A stretch of 64,000 nt of DNA. It comes from a bacterium. Lineage in GTDB: Bacteria > Zhuqueibacterota > Zhuqueibacteria > Residuimicrobiales > Krinioviventaceae. Position numbers and translations under genes: made by a program. Position 1 is the first letter of the stretch. The number at the start of each line of letters is the position of its first letter. This document shows, one piece after another, positions 10,065 to 19,278 of the stretch. The stretch spans positions 1,664,001 through 1,728,000 of the forward strand of contig OY843751.1 of assembly GCA_963693055.1 (NCBI GenBank). Reading direction: 5' to 3'. The notes under the pieces are model-generated. The model had not been told where the DNA came from, did no database searches, and saw only the letters and a list, made by a program, of their open reading frames with translations.

Positions 10065-10376
10065 CTAGTCCATATGAAAGACTTCTGTCAGTGGTTTGGT
10101 AACCGGAGAATTATCCGGATTGGTTTCCATAATATCTTGCATGTATGCCCACCATTTTTGAACCAGGGGGTTTTTGCCCAGATCCTGCGATGAAGCGCCC
10201 GCTACCATTTGATACCCAAACAGAATATTTGTTTCCGGATCATAGAATATACTATAATCCGAAACACCTGTTTCTTTTAATAATGCTTCGAGTTCGGGCC
10301 AGATCTCGTTGTGACGTTTAATGTATTCCTGTTCATAACCCGGATTTAGTTTCATTTTAAAAGCAACACGCTGCAT
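10065..10376 (-). CDS. rhaM: L-rhamnose mutarotase
   Basis: EYIKRHNEIWPEL, YSIF, KWWAYMQDIMETNPDNSP...EVFHMD. Confidence 0.92.
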   Translation of the reverse strand: MQRVAFKMKLNPGYEQEYIKRHNEIWPELEALLKETGVSDYSIFYDPETNILFGYQMVAGASSQDLGKNPLVQKWWAYMQDIMETNPDNSPVTKPLTEVFHMD

Positions 10377-10379
10377 GAT

Positions 10380-11156
10380 TTACTCCTGATTATTGATGTT
10401 TACATCGATTATATTACACTGCCATTTGTTCTGGTCTAGGGCTGCTATTATCAAAGCATTTCGGGTATCCGGGATTTGCACCAAGAGTGTACCCTGGTTG
10501 TCCCAAACCGCACTTTTACCTGCGGTATCAAAACCTCCGGTTTTTTCACTGTGATTGGCAAGGAAAACCGGTATTTTGTATTTTGTAGCAATAGACTGCA
10601 GGATCTCTGCATCCTTGTCATATCCTTTAGGTGTTATAAACGCCCCTGCAAGGTAAAGGGTTGCGCCATTTTGGGCGGCATCATGTGAGTGTTGGGGATT
10701 GGTGAAATCCGCGCAAATTGCCTGGGCGATTTTGTGGTTGTTTGTTGAAATCATAATTTGATGATTTCCCGGAACAAAATATTCCTCTTCACCCGGGTGC
10801 AGATAGCGTTTGGTATGAGTATCAATGCTGCCGTCTGGAAAGAAACAGAGATTTGCTATATTAGATTTTCCCCCGGAATCTGGCACCGGGGCCCCTGCAA
10901 GGATGATGATATTGTTTTGAACAGCTTGCTGCTGCAATGTTTTTAAGCAGGAATCATTTGGTAATATGCTGCATTTTTGTGACAGTTTGGGTTCATAACC
11001 TGTTAATGACAATTCAGGAAACAGGATGAGATTTGCTCCTGCCTGTGTAGCTTTTTTGATATATTTTGAATGGATTTTGATGTTTGCTTTTATATCCGCC
11101 TTGATGGATGGCGTTTGAGCAATGGCTATGGTTATAGAATACATACAGATTTCCAT
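10380..11156 (-). CDS. Carbon-nitrogen hydrolase (nitrilase superfamily)
   Basis: Glu-Lys-Cys triad: FPELSLTGY, HTKRYLH, AICAD. Confidence 0.9.
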   Translation of the reverse strand: MEICMYSITIAIAQTPSIKADIKANIKIHSKYIKKATQAGANLILFPELSLTGYEPKLSQKCSILPNDSCLKTLQQQAVQNNIIILAGAPVPDSGGKSNIANLCFFPDGSIDTHTKRYLHPGEEEYFVPGNHQIMISTNNHKIAQAICADFTNPQHSHDAAQNGATLYLAGAFITPKGYDKDAEILQSIATKYKIPVFLANHSEKTGGFDTAGKSAVWDNQGTLLVQIPDTRNALIIAALDQNKWQCNIIDVNINNQE

Positions 11157-11241
11157 TAAACATAGGATTCAGAGTGAAATATAATAAATAATAAATTGGG
11201 AATCATGTTTTTTTACTGCATGTATCCATTAATTTAATGGA

Positions 11242-11856
11242 TTATATAGGTTTTACCCTGTATATATTATTTTTGCTAGATATTTTTCCTTTATTAATAC
11301 CTGTTTTTAACACTTTTTCATATAATTCCTGGTAATCCTCGCTTTGCGCGAGTCCGCTTTGTTCTAGCACTCCGTCTGAATTATTGTCGAAAAATGTGGT
11401 TTCAAAACCCGTTCTGTTGTCTATTACAGTGAATTTATTAAAAGATTCATTTTGAGAAATAAAATGCGTTTGTACAATGCACGAACGTACATCGCCTGGG
11501 CATTTGTAAACTCTAATATATGCAAGTGTTTGAAATCTTTTTTTTAGATTTGCCGATTTCAGACCCGTATTGTAAATTTTGTTTGCTTCATCAATGCTCA
11601 GGTTGCCAACAATTACCTTGTCTATAGATTTGTCCTGATCATAATCAAATGCACGTAAAACAACCTTGCTGTCTGATCGCTGAAGTAACATATTACCGCC
11701 ACCTCCGTCGGTAATGCGAGAGCTTAGTATTTCATAATGATTTCCGTTTATTTGAAAGGCAAAAAAACCAATTTCAGTCTGTTTGGGTGGAGTGGATAAG
11801 CATCCCAACATAGAGGCGGAAAGAAATATGATGATCAATAAATATAATGATCTCAT
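11242..11856 (-). CDS. Hypothetical lipoprotein with DxDxD-type motifs
   Basis: Lipobox MLGC; DYDQDKSID and DNNSDGVLE; SD GGAGG. Confidence 0.6.
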   Translation of the reverse strand: MRSLYLLIIIFLSASMLGCLSTPPKQTEIGFFAFQINGNHYEILSSRITDGGGGNMLLQRSDSKVVLRAFDYDQDKSIDKVIVGNLSIDEANKIYNTGLKSANLKKRFQTLAYIRVYKCPGDVRSCIVQTHFISQNESFNKFTVIDNRTGFETTFFDNNSDGVLEQSGLAQSEDYQELYEKVLKTGINKGKISSKNNIYRVKPI

Positions 11857-11978
11857 TTTGTACCTCCATAATTTGGTATAAAGTTTTACCTTTTCTATAT
11901 ACTAGAACATTAGAAAATGGGAAATGAATCCAAAAATGAGAACAGGATTGATATATTTATTTTGATTTTATTAGTGAG

Positions 11979-12200
11979 CTATCTGTTTATCAGAACACTT
12001 GTCCCATGAAATGGCTTTGAAATACAAGCATTTTCAAGAACACCATCTACTTTTACCAGACATTTATTGCAGCATTGTGATGAATTTTGGGTTCTATAAC
12101 AAGGTGCATTAATTTGAATATTTAACCTGTCTGCCAACTCTACCAGATTGTTTTCTCCCGGGAGTATTTCGGTCTTAATTCCTTCAATCAATAGTGACAT
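11979..12200 (-). CDS. Small 2Fe-2S ferredoxin-like protein
   Basis: INAPC...CCNKCLVKVDG...ACIS, like the NuoG/formate dehydrogenase N-terminal Fer2 domain. Confidence 0.7.
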   Translation of the reverse strand: MSLLIEGIKTEILPGENNLVELADRLNIQINAPCYRTQNSSQCCNKCLVKVDGVLENACISKPFHGTSVLINR

Positions 12201-12214
12201 GATCTTTCCAATAG

Positions 12215-13043
12215 TTAATTAAAAATTTGTTTTGCATGGATGTTGTAAAAATATGACCATTTGAAAACTGGTCCAGAATTTCTATAATTAAAGATTCTCT
12301 GTCTTGTTTGGGTAAATGCATAAATATGATTTCTTTGGGTTTTCAATATGTGTTTAATATTGATACTGCGTTTTCTGAACGATCATAACGCTCCATAAAA
12401 ATAATATCAACAGGTCCCAGTGTACTGAATATTTGTTTATTCATATAAAGTAGTGCGTCACCCACATGAAGAATTCTTTTATTATGCTAGTTTACAACAA
12501 AGCTAAGGTTCTCTACATTCCTGTGACAATTTATTTTTTTCCGGTTTGCGGATCAATGTCATAAAATGGACCATGTTGAACCCTGGAAATGGATATGGGG
12601 ATATTATTAATGGTTGTATCTACTTTAGTAAATAAATCTGGGGTGATTTCTATAATTTGATCTGCAATTATATTGAAGTTTTCCAATTCTTTTATTTTGT
12701 TCAAAGCCTGCCTGGGACACACCAGCTTGCATTGCTTGTTGTTTTGTAAAATCGTACCCGTCAGTTCAGCATTAAAATGGTCCCGATGGGAGTGCGTTGA
12801 AAAAATAACATCAAGATTATCAAAAGGAGGGTGGGCGGTTTTCATGTTTTGAATAACCTGTGGTGCAGGCACATCGCGGTAAGTGATGGTTGAATCATTA
12901 AAAGCTGCATCAATCAAGATTTTTTGTGTTGAATTTTTGAGCAGAAAACCTTCATTGGCTATATAGGTGACCGCTAGAGAATCTTTGGGAGCTGATAATA
13001 AATTAACTGAAATGATCTAGATGATTAATAATGAATTTTTCAT
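12215..13043 (-). pseudogene. Secreted MBL-fold metallo-hydrolase pseudogene
   Basis: Reconstructed MKNSLLII*IISV...VTYIANEGF...THSHRDH...ILHVGDA...TY*KPKEIIFMHLP; in-frame TAG at 13017-13019, TGA at 12343-12345, frameshifts near 12535 and 12485. Confidence 0.8.
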
Positions 13044-13052
13044 CCATAACCT

Positions 13053-13589
13053 CTAGACATTTATTTGTACAATTTTATTTTCAGGAATTTTGAAATTTTC
13101 TTTAATATAACCGATTTTAAAGCTGCTGGATTTGCTATTATCAAACTTGACTTTATTTTGATCTCCTCGATATTCTCTGATATGTAAATAGAAACTTTGT
13201 TTTCTATATTCATATTTATACATGACAAGCCAGTCCCACAGATCTTTATCCAGGCCATGTATGTATTTAAAATATTGGTTCTCTGTTTTGTTTTTGTTTA
13301 TATCTTCCAGGGCTCTATTAATTTTATGCTCTGACCAGCCTTTTTTTTGATATTTCTTTTTTTGCCTCTGAGAATAATTCAATTCTGTATCAGAATCAGA
13401 TCCATATTCCGGGTCAAATAGACCGCATGAGCAAAATTCCATTATAATATAATAGCTCGAATAATTGTTAGGTAATGCATCAATAAAACATTTATTGTTG
13501 GATTGGAAATAAGATAGTTGGTCCGGAAGTTGGTTCAGCATTATTATATCCGGACCTTTGGGCAGACCGATATTGATGAAATAACACAT
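13053..13589 (-). CDS. Hypothetical protein
   Basis: 178-aa ORF with SD GAGGGGG; MC...CSC; KKYQKKGWSEHKINRAL. Confidence 0.6.
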   Translation of the reverse strand: MCYFINIGLPKGPDIIMLNQLPDQLSYFQSNNKCFIDALPNNYSSYYIIMEFCSCGLFDPEYGSDSDTELNYSQRQKKKYQKKGWSEHKINRALEDINKNKTENQYFKYIHGLDKDLWDWLVMYKYEYRKQSFYLHIREYRGDQNKVKFDNSKSSSFKIGYIKENFKIPENKIVQINV

Positions 13590-13609
13590 AATCCCCCTCT
13601 TGATTTTTT

Positions 13610-14908
13610 TTATTGAAAAGTCAGTTTGATAACGGTAAACGGCATTGCTTTGTCAGAGTCCGGCAGACTGATCTCAAGTCCTTTAGGTGTAGATTGGTAT
13701 ATTACTTTATTGCTGTTTGATAATTGAACAGCAAAAGTAACGGTTTTGTTGAAATCCGGTAAGAGGATTTTTTTCTGCCAATTTATAACATGTATAAAGA
13801 TAAAATTATCTTTATGGGTTGTAACTCCCCATTCCTGCGGAGGTATGGGGCCGCCACGAGTACCATAGACAGATTCTCCATTCACATCCAGCCATTCACC
13901 TATCTCTTTTAGTACATCGATCTGGCGCTGTTCAATACGACCGTCTAGCATGGGGCTAATATTGAGTAAAAGGTTGCCACCGCCGCCAACGGTGTTGAGC
14001 AGAATGCTGAGGCATTCATCTGTGGATTTGAGTTTGTCGTTGGGCTTCCAGGCCCATTGCGTGCAAATGGTCATACAGGTTTCCCAGGGAGTTTGGGGTC
14101 TGTATGCCCCAACGGTTTGTTCCGGGGTTTCAAAGTCTCCTGCAAAATCCGGACTTTTGGTAATGCCTTCCATGCCTACCCGGCCTTTATCAACCCGGTT
14201 GTTTATCAATAATTCATCGTTCAGTTTACGAGACCATGTATAGAGATCGAGACCCCTTTCGTGGGTCCAGGGTTCTTCCCATTCACCGTCAAACCACAGC
14301 ACTTGTGTGTCATATTTCTCTACCAGCTCCGTAAGCTGGTTTTTCATAAACCGGATGTATGATTCCATATCAGGATTTTCTTTCATGATTCTTTTATCAC
14401 CTCGTCTGACCAGGAACGGATAATCCGGGTGATACCAGTCAGCAAGTGAGTAATAGGTGCCAAAAAAGATACCTTGTTTGCGGCAGGCATCAGAGAGTTC
14501 TTTAACAATATCCCGTTTAAATGGACCGTTCATAATATCGTAATCTGTAAATTCCGAATCCCAGAGAGAAAAACCGTCGTGGTGTTTGGCAACAAGGATG
14601 ATATATTTCATGCCCGCGGTTTTGGCGATGGATACCCATTCATCCGCGTCAAATAGTACCGGGTTAAATTCTTTGTAAAGTTGATCGTATTCGTCTACAG
14701 GTACCTGAATGCCGCGAGACAAACTAATCTCTGTACCGCGCAGCGATGAGGGACCCCAGTGTATAAACATACCAAAACGCAGGTCCTGCCAATTCTTTAA
14801 GGATTTTTGGTTCGGTACAAGATCGGGATTCTTTTCAACCGTACCGACAGGGGTTTGGCCCAAAAGCGGGATGTATAAACATAAAAGAAATAAAATTGTC
14901 TGTTTCAT
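13610..14908 (-). CDS. Alpha-L-fucosidase (GH29)
   Basis: RFGMFIHWG, AKHHDGF, LWFDGEW nucleophile motif, LLLNISP; signal peptide. Confidence 0.92.
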   Translation of the reverse strand: MKQTILFLLCLYIPLLGQTPVGTVEKNPDLVPNQKSLKNWQDLRFGMFIHWGPSSLRGTEISLSRGIQVPVDEYDQLYKEFNPVLFDADEWVSIAKTAGMKYIILVAKHHDGFSLWDSEFTDYDIMNGPFKRDIVKELSDACRKQGIFFGTYYSLADWYHPDYPFLVRRGDKRIMKENPDMESYIRFMKNQLTELVEKYDTQVLWFDGEWEEPWTHERGLDLYTWSRKLNDELLINNRVDKGRVGMEGITKSPDFAGDFETPEQTVGAYRPQTPWETCMTICTQWAWKPNDKLKSTDECLSILLNTVGGGGNLLLNISPMLDGRIEQRQIDVLKEIGEWLDVNGESVYGTRGGPIPPQEWGVTTHKDNFIFIHVINWQKKILLPDFNKTVTFAVQLSNSNKVIYQSTPKGLEISLPDSDKAMPFTVIKLTFQ

Positions 14909-14946
14909 CTGATTCTCTTTCTGTTAATAGTAATCAATCATGTTTT

Positions 14947-15594
14947 TTACAGATCAGATTCCTGCCATTTTTGTTCAAGAAACTCTACAGGATGAAAATA
15001 ATATTTATTTAAATCCTCAATGTCATAACAGATACCCCAATATGTCCCATAATGCATAAAGGGGCGTTTGTTGTCAGGTTTTCTGGATTTTGGCTTTTTT
15101 TTCATTACTTCAAAATGAAAATGATCAAATTGCCAGCCGTATTTATCCAGTTCGGCTTTGCTCATGTATCTGGCAATCGGTGTTTCGGGATCGACGGTTT
15201 CTCCCAAAGTGCATTCAATTCCGGCAATATGTTCGTACACCGTCCATATTAATGTAGAATCTTTTTGTAAATGTTCAATAATTATTTGAGCATAAGGCCC
15301 GTCATCTCTCAGGCTGATCACCTTGCCTTTAGCCGCGGTATAGACCGGCTCATCTGTATAATTTTTAGATGGGCGTTTAAAATCTACTCCCGTGTGCAGA
15401 TGTTCAGGCACATTGGGTCGTGCTTTACGAACCAATCCGAATTTACCTATACCCGTGAGTTTCACGGCCTGGGAGGATTGACGGTTATCGCTGTTAAAGG
15501 GCAGGTACCATTTTAGCGGAGAAGCCGCGAATGTTAAATTTGTGTTTATAATAAAACAGATGAATACAGCAAGGAGGCATAATCGTTTTCGCAT
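14947..15594 (-). CDS. M23-family peptidase, secreted
   Basis: HTGVD (HxxxD) and HFHFE (HxH) motifs; signal peptide from MRKRL. Confidence 0.8.
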   Translation of the reverse strand: MRKRLCLLAVFICFIINTNLTFAASPLKWYLPFNSDNRQSSQAVKLTGIGKFGLVRKARPNVPEHLHTGVDFKRPSKNYTDEPVYTAAKGKVISLRDDGPYAQIIIEHLQKDSTLIWTVYEHIAGIECTLGETVDPETPIARYMSKAELDKYGWQFDHFHFEVMKKKPKSRKPDNKRPFMHYGTYWGICYDIEDLNKYYFHPVEFLEQKWQESDL

Positions 15595-15610
15595 TTTCTT
15601 TTTTCCTTTT

Positions 15611-16484
15611 TCAAATCTTGCTTGGTTTTTTGATGTATAATGTACTTTCAATAGTATAAATAATTAAAGCCAGCCAGATAAAAGATAAACCTGTGAGTTT
15701 TGCTTTGTCTAGTATTTCATGATAGATCAAGAGTCCTGTTAAAAAGATTAATGTGGGATATATATATTGCAAAATACCTATTGCAGACAAGCTGATGAGT
15801 CTGGCGCCTGTAATAAATATAAGTAATGGCAGTCCGCTAATGACTCCTGTGCCAATTAGTAAAAGTATAGTTTGATGAATCAAAAAAGTGAAATGATTGA
15901 TTTTGATATAGTATAATCAAATACGTAATGGATAATATTGACAAAATTAATGTTTCCAGAGTTAATCCTTCAACGGCGTTGAGTGGTGATTTTTTTCGTA
16001 AAAGTCCACAAGTACCCCAAGTTACTGCAAGGTACATGGAGAGCCAGGGGAATTGACCATATAAAACAGTCATGATTAAGACACCCAGCGCTGCGATTGT
16101 TACAGCAAACCACTGTACTTTGCGCAATTTTTCATGAAGGAAAAGGATGCCCAGAAAAATGATGACCAGAGGACAAATAAAGTAACCCAGACTGGTCTCT
16201 ATGATAAAACCAGCATTTACTGCCCAGATGTAGATACCCCAGTATGAGCCAATTAAAAAAGCAGGAACAATTATGATCCACTTGTTACGAGCAGATATAA
16301 ATTTAGTATAGAGCGGTTTCCTACCGTTTTTAGTAGTGATGATTATTGTAAAGAATATAAAGGACCAGAAAATTCGATGTGCCAGTATTTCGGTAGCAGG
16401 AATGCTTTTTAATGTTTTCCAGTAAACGGGGTGTAATCCCCAGAAAATATAAGCACTTGTGGCGTATATTGTTCCTCGGTTCAT
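15611..16484 (-). pseudogene. rarD: RarD (EamA/DMT) transporter split by a frameshift
   Basis: AYIFWG, EILAHRIFWS, ETSLGYF..P, GILQYIYP; one extra T in the T6 run at 15882-15887 separates the two ORFs; may be a sequencing error. Confidence 0.75.
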
Positions 16485-16679
16485 TGTTTATTCTTTCAAT
16501 TCCAGAAAATGATTGTCTAGTATGTTTAAAAACTGCATCCCCCGATGAAAAATTAATATAATGCATGAAATTTTGAAAAACAACAAGTGTAAAGGAATGA
16601 TGAAAAATATTTGGGGAATTAAATGCATGATCAGGTGAGACTGGAGGAGTACCCATATATCAAGTTTTTAAATCAGAAT

Positions 16680-17195
16680 TTATCTGCTAAAAGACATTTT
16701 TTTGTTTCTTATATGGTTGAACCATCTGTCTAACGCAAAGAGTAACACAAAAATAATCAACGCAAGTACAGGTATAGGCGTGTTGAATTCTATAGATTGC
16801 AATTGATTGCCCAGATTCTGTAAAAAAGGCTGCAACTCGACTGATTCGGTTTGTGGTGTGGTAATTACATCCTCTACCAGTTGTTTCGTATCCACATAAT
16901 AAAAAGAAACATTGATTGCCACAATTACTACAAATAACGCTATAAACATGTGCAGCAGATTGAAATGTACTTTACCCAATGTTGCGATGTTGGTTTTTTT
17001 GATTACATCGCTGGTAAAACCGGGGGATAGCTGTATGTCCTGATCGTATTCAAGGGACGCATAGAGAGAACGGTATTGATCAAGTGAATCACGTAATTCA
17101 CGATTTTTACCCAGTTCAATTTCAAACCGTTCTTCCATATCCGGAGACATGTTGCCGTCCAGATAATTCTGTATGTCATGATCTGTAAAGTTCAT
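16680..17195 (-). CDS. Membrane anti-sigma factor
   Basis: IQNYLDGNMS...FE anti-sigma domain, two TM helices, 4-nt overlap with the sigma gene. Confidence 0.75.
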   Translation of the reverse strand: MNFTDHDIQNYLDGNMSPDMEERFEIELGKNRELRDSLDQYRSLYASLEYDQDIQLSPGFTSDVIKKTNIATLGKVHFNLLHMFIALFVVIVAINVSFYYVDTKQLVEDVITTPQTESVELQPFLQNLGNQLQSIEFNTPIPVLALIIFVLLFALDRWFNHIRNKKMSFSR

Positions 17196-17773
17196 TGGTT
17201 ATATAGATCCTCTGTTTTATATTGTGCCACCAGTTGTTCTTTTAGCATTTTGCGGGCACGAAATAAATAATTTTTTACAGTGCCTTCGGGCATGTTCATG
17301 ATCTCACCAATTTCGTAATAACTCATTTCCTGCAGATGATAGAGTGTAAGCACACTGCGATATTTAATGGGCAGTTTGTTGATTTCCTGCTCTAGTTTAT
17401 TATGGGCGTCTCTGTTTTCCAGTTCTGTATCGGGAGCAGGGTTGTAGCCTTGCAGGTGGTCTAGGGTCATGTCTTCTGGTGCAATATCACTATAAAGAGC
17501 AGCTTTTTTCTTTTGTAAATAATTAATGCATGTATTATAAGAAATTCGAGCTATCCAGGTAGAGACTTTGCTTTCAAACTGAAAGGTATGTAGATTTTGA
17601 TATATTTTTACAAAAACATCCTGGCATAAATCTTCACGGTCTTCAGGAATATGTACCAGTCTGAAAACAATGTGAGATACCAGGTTTTTGTAATCATCTA
17701 CAAAAGCGCGAAAAGACCGGGTACTACCCTCCAGTATACTTTTAATGCGCTCTTGTTCCAGGTTTTGTTTCAT
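17192..17773 (-). CDS. ECF RNA polymerase sigma-70 factor (SigW-like); likely start ATG 17773
   Basis: EDLCQDVFVK, STWIARISYN region 2; MSYYEIGEIMNMPEGTVKNYLFRAR region 4. Confidence 0.92.
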   Translation of the reverse strand: MKQNLEQERIKSILEGSTRSFRAFVDDYKNLVSHIVFRLVHIPEDREDLCQDVFVKIYQNLHTFQFESKVSTWIARISYNTCINYLQKKKAALYSDIAPEDMTLDHLQGYNPAPDTELENRDAHNKLEQEINKLPIKYRSVLTLYHLQEMSYYEIGEIMNMPEGTVKNYLFRARKMLKEQLVAQYKTEDLYNQ

Positions 17774-17780
17774 ATTATAA

Positions 17781-17808
17781 TAGACCTTCAAGTCCTTGTA
17801 ATGTTGCA
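17781..17808 (-). promoter_or_regulatory. ECF promoter for the sigma/anti-sigma operon (autoregulatory, likely leaderless)
   Basis: TGCAAC-N16-GGTCTA-N7-ATG on the minus strand. Confidence 0.65.
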
Positions 17809-17828
17809 TACGAAATTTAAAAAAAATG

Positions 17829-17856
17829 TGCAACCTTTTTTTTTGTTTTCTGTCTG
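17829..17856 (+). promoter_or_regulatory. ECF promoter for the divergent membrane-protein gene
   Basis: TGCAAC-N16-TGTCTG, same -35 and spacing as the opposite promoter. Confidence 0.65.
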
Positions 17857-17898
17857 ATATTTATAGAAGGAACAAAGTTTAATAAAAGGAGAATAATC

Positions 17899-18273
17899 AT
17901 GGGAATTCTGGTACCTATAGTTTTATTTGTTGTGATCGGATGGATTATAAAAATTTTATCTGACAATAATGTGAAACGTTTGATGATCACCCAGGGCAAA
18001 CTGGATGAAAATGCCAAATATCTCTATATTGACAAGCTTGAGCGTTATGTGCCTACTTCATTAAAATGGGGAATGGTAATGATAGCGTTGGGGCTGGCAA
18101 TATTTATAGGCAAGATTGTTGATGCTATGAATATTACCGGTTTTGGTCGTAATGATGAAGAGGCGTTGATCTTTTCTCTCATGTTTATCTTTGGCGGTAC
18201 TGCTTTGATTATTTATTATGTTATTGCCAGTAAAATGGCTAAAAAGGCAGAAGAGGAAGATAACGCAAAATGA
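17899..18273 (+). CDS. DUF6249-like small membrane protein
   Basis: ILVPIVLF...SLKWGMVMIALGLAIFIG...MFIFGGTALIIYY; SD AAGGAG. Confidence 0.7.
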   Translation: MGILVPIVLFVVIGWIIKILSDNNVKRLMITQGKLDENAKYLYIDKLERYVPTSLKWGMVMIALGLAIFIGKIVDAMNITGFGRNDEEALIFSLMFIFGGTALIIYYVIASKMAKKAEEEDNAK

Positions 18274-18292
18274 AATTTATTAAATATTTTTT

Positions 18293-18331
18293 AAAAAAAG
18301 AGATGGAGTAACTGTTCCATCTCTTTTTTTT
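18293..18331. terminator. Rho-independent terminator (bidirectional form)
   Basis: AAAAAAAGAGATGGA-loop-TCCATCTCTTTTTTTT. Confidence 0.8.
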
Positions 18332-18412
18332 ATGCTCAAACTATAGGTTAGTTCTTGATTTATGTGAAAAAAGTTTGTATATATTATGTTTATATAAATT
18401 ACAGGATTAATT

Positions 18413-19270
18413 ATGGATAAAGTATCTGCGATTTTATTGATTTCATGTCCCGATCAAAAGGGGATTGTTGCGGCAGTTTCACGGTTTTTGTACGAAAATA
18501 ATGGCAACGTAGTACGATTAGACCAGCATGTGGATTTTGAAGAAAATATATTTCTTTCCCGAATTGAATGGGAAATGGAAGGCTTTGCAATTCCCCGGGA
18601 AAAGATTAAAGACAGTATTGAAGAGCTGGCTTTGTCTTTTAATATGAAATGGGAATTGAAATTCTCTGACTATAAACCCAAAGTTGCTATTTTTGTATCA
18701 AAGTTGAATCACTGCCTGTACGATGTATTGTCCCGTTACCAGGCAGGAGAGTGGAATATTGATATTCCACTGGTTATCAGTAACCACCCAGATGCGGATC
18801 ATATTGTCAAGAAATTTGGTATCAATTATTTTCGTTTTCCTGTTACTGCGGAAAACAAGGCAGAATTGGAACAAAAGCAGATTGAATTACTGCAGGCACA
18901 TGATATTGATTTTATCATTCTTGCCCGTTATATGCAAATTTTATCACCGGAATTTGTAGATACTTTTCCTAATCAGATCATAAATATACATCATTCATTT
19001 TTACCTGCATTCCCCGGTGCAAAACCTTATCATTCAGCATATAAGCGAGGCGTCAAGATCATTGGAGCCACCAGTCATTATGTAACATCGGAGCTTGATG
19101 GCGGGCCGATTATTGAACAAGATACCATACGCGTTACTCATCAGCATACTATATCTGATTTTGTTCGCAAAGGAAGAGATCTTGAAAAAGTTGTACTAGC
19201 CCGGGCAATTTGGCTGCATATTCAAAACAAAGTATTGGTTTATAAAAACAAAACAGTTGTATTTGACTGA
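18413..19270 (+). CDS. purU: Formyltetrahydrofolate deformylase
   Basis: ACT domain CPDQKGIVA; LARYMQIL; INIHHSFLPAF; GVKIIGATSHYVT. Confidence 0.95.
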   Translation: MDKVSAILLISCPDQKGIVAAVSRFLYENNGNVVRLDQHVDFEENIFLSRIEWEMEGFAIPREKIKDSIEELALSFNMKWELKFSDYKPKVAIFVSKLNHCLYDVLSRYQAGEWNIDIPLVISNHPDADHIVKKFGINYFRFPVTAENKAELEQKQIELLQAHDIDFIILARYMQILSPEFVDTFPNQIINIHHSFLPAFPGAKPYHSAYKRGVKIIGATSHYVTSELDGGPIIEQDTIRVTHQHTISDFVRKGRDLEKVVLARAIWLHIQNKVLVYKNKTVVFD

Positions 19271-19278
19271 GGTTAACC

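Noticed and set aside
16330-16656. 108-aa minus-strand ORF upstream of rarD
   Set aside because: Overlaps rarD out of frame, with no SD or recognisable motifs
17774-17833. Longer N-terminus of the ECF sigma (start 17833)
   Set aside because: The extension overlaps both promoter motifs and lacks sigma-like sequence; ATG 17773 fits better
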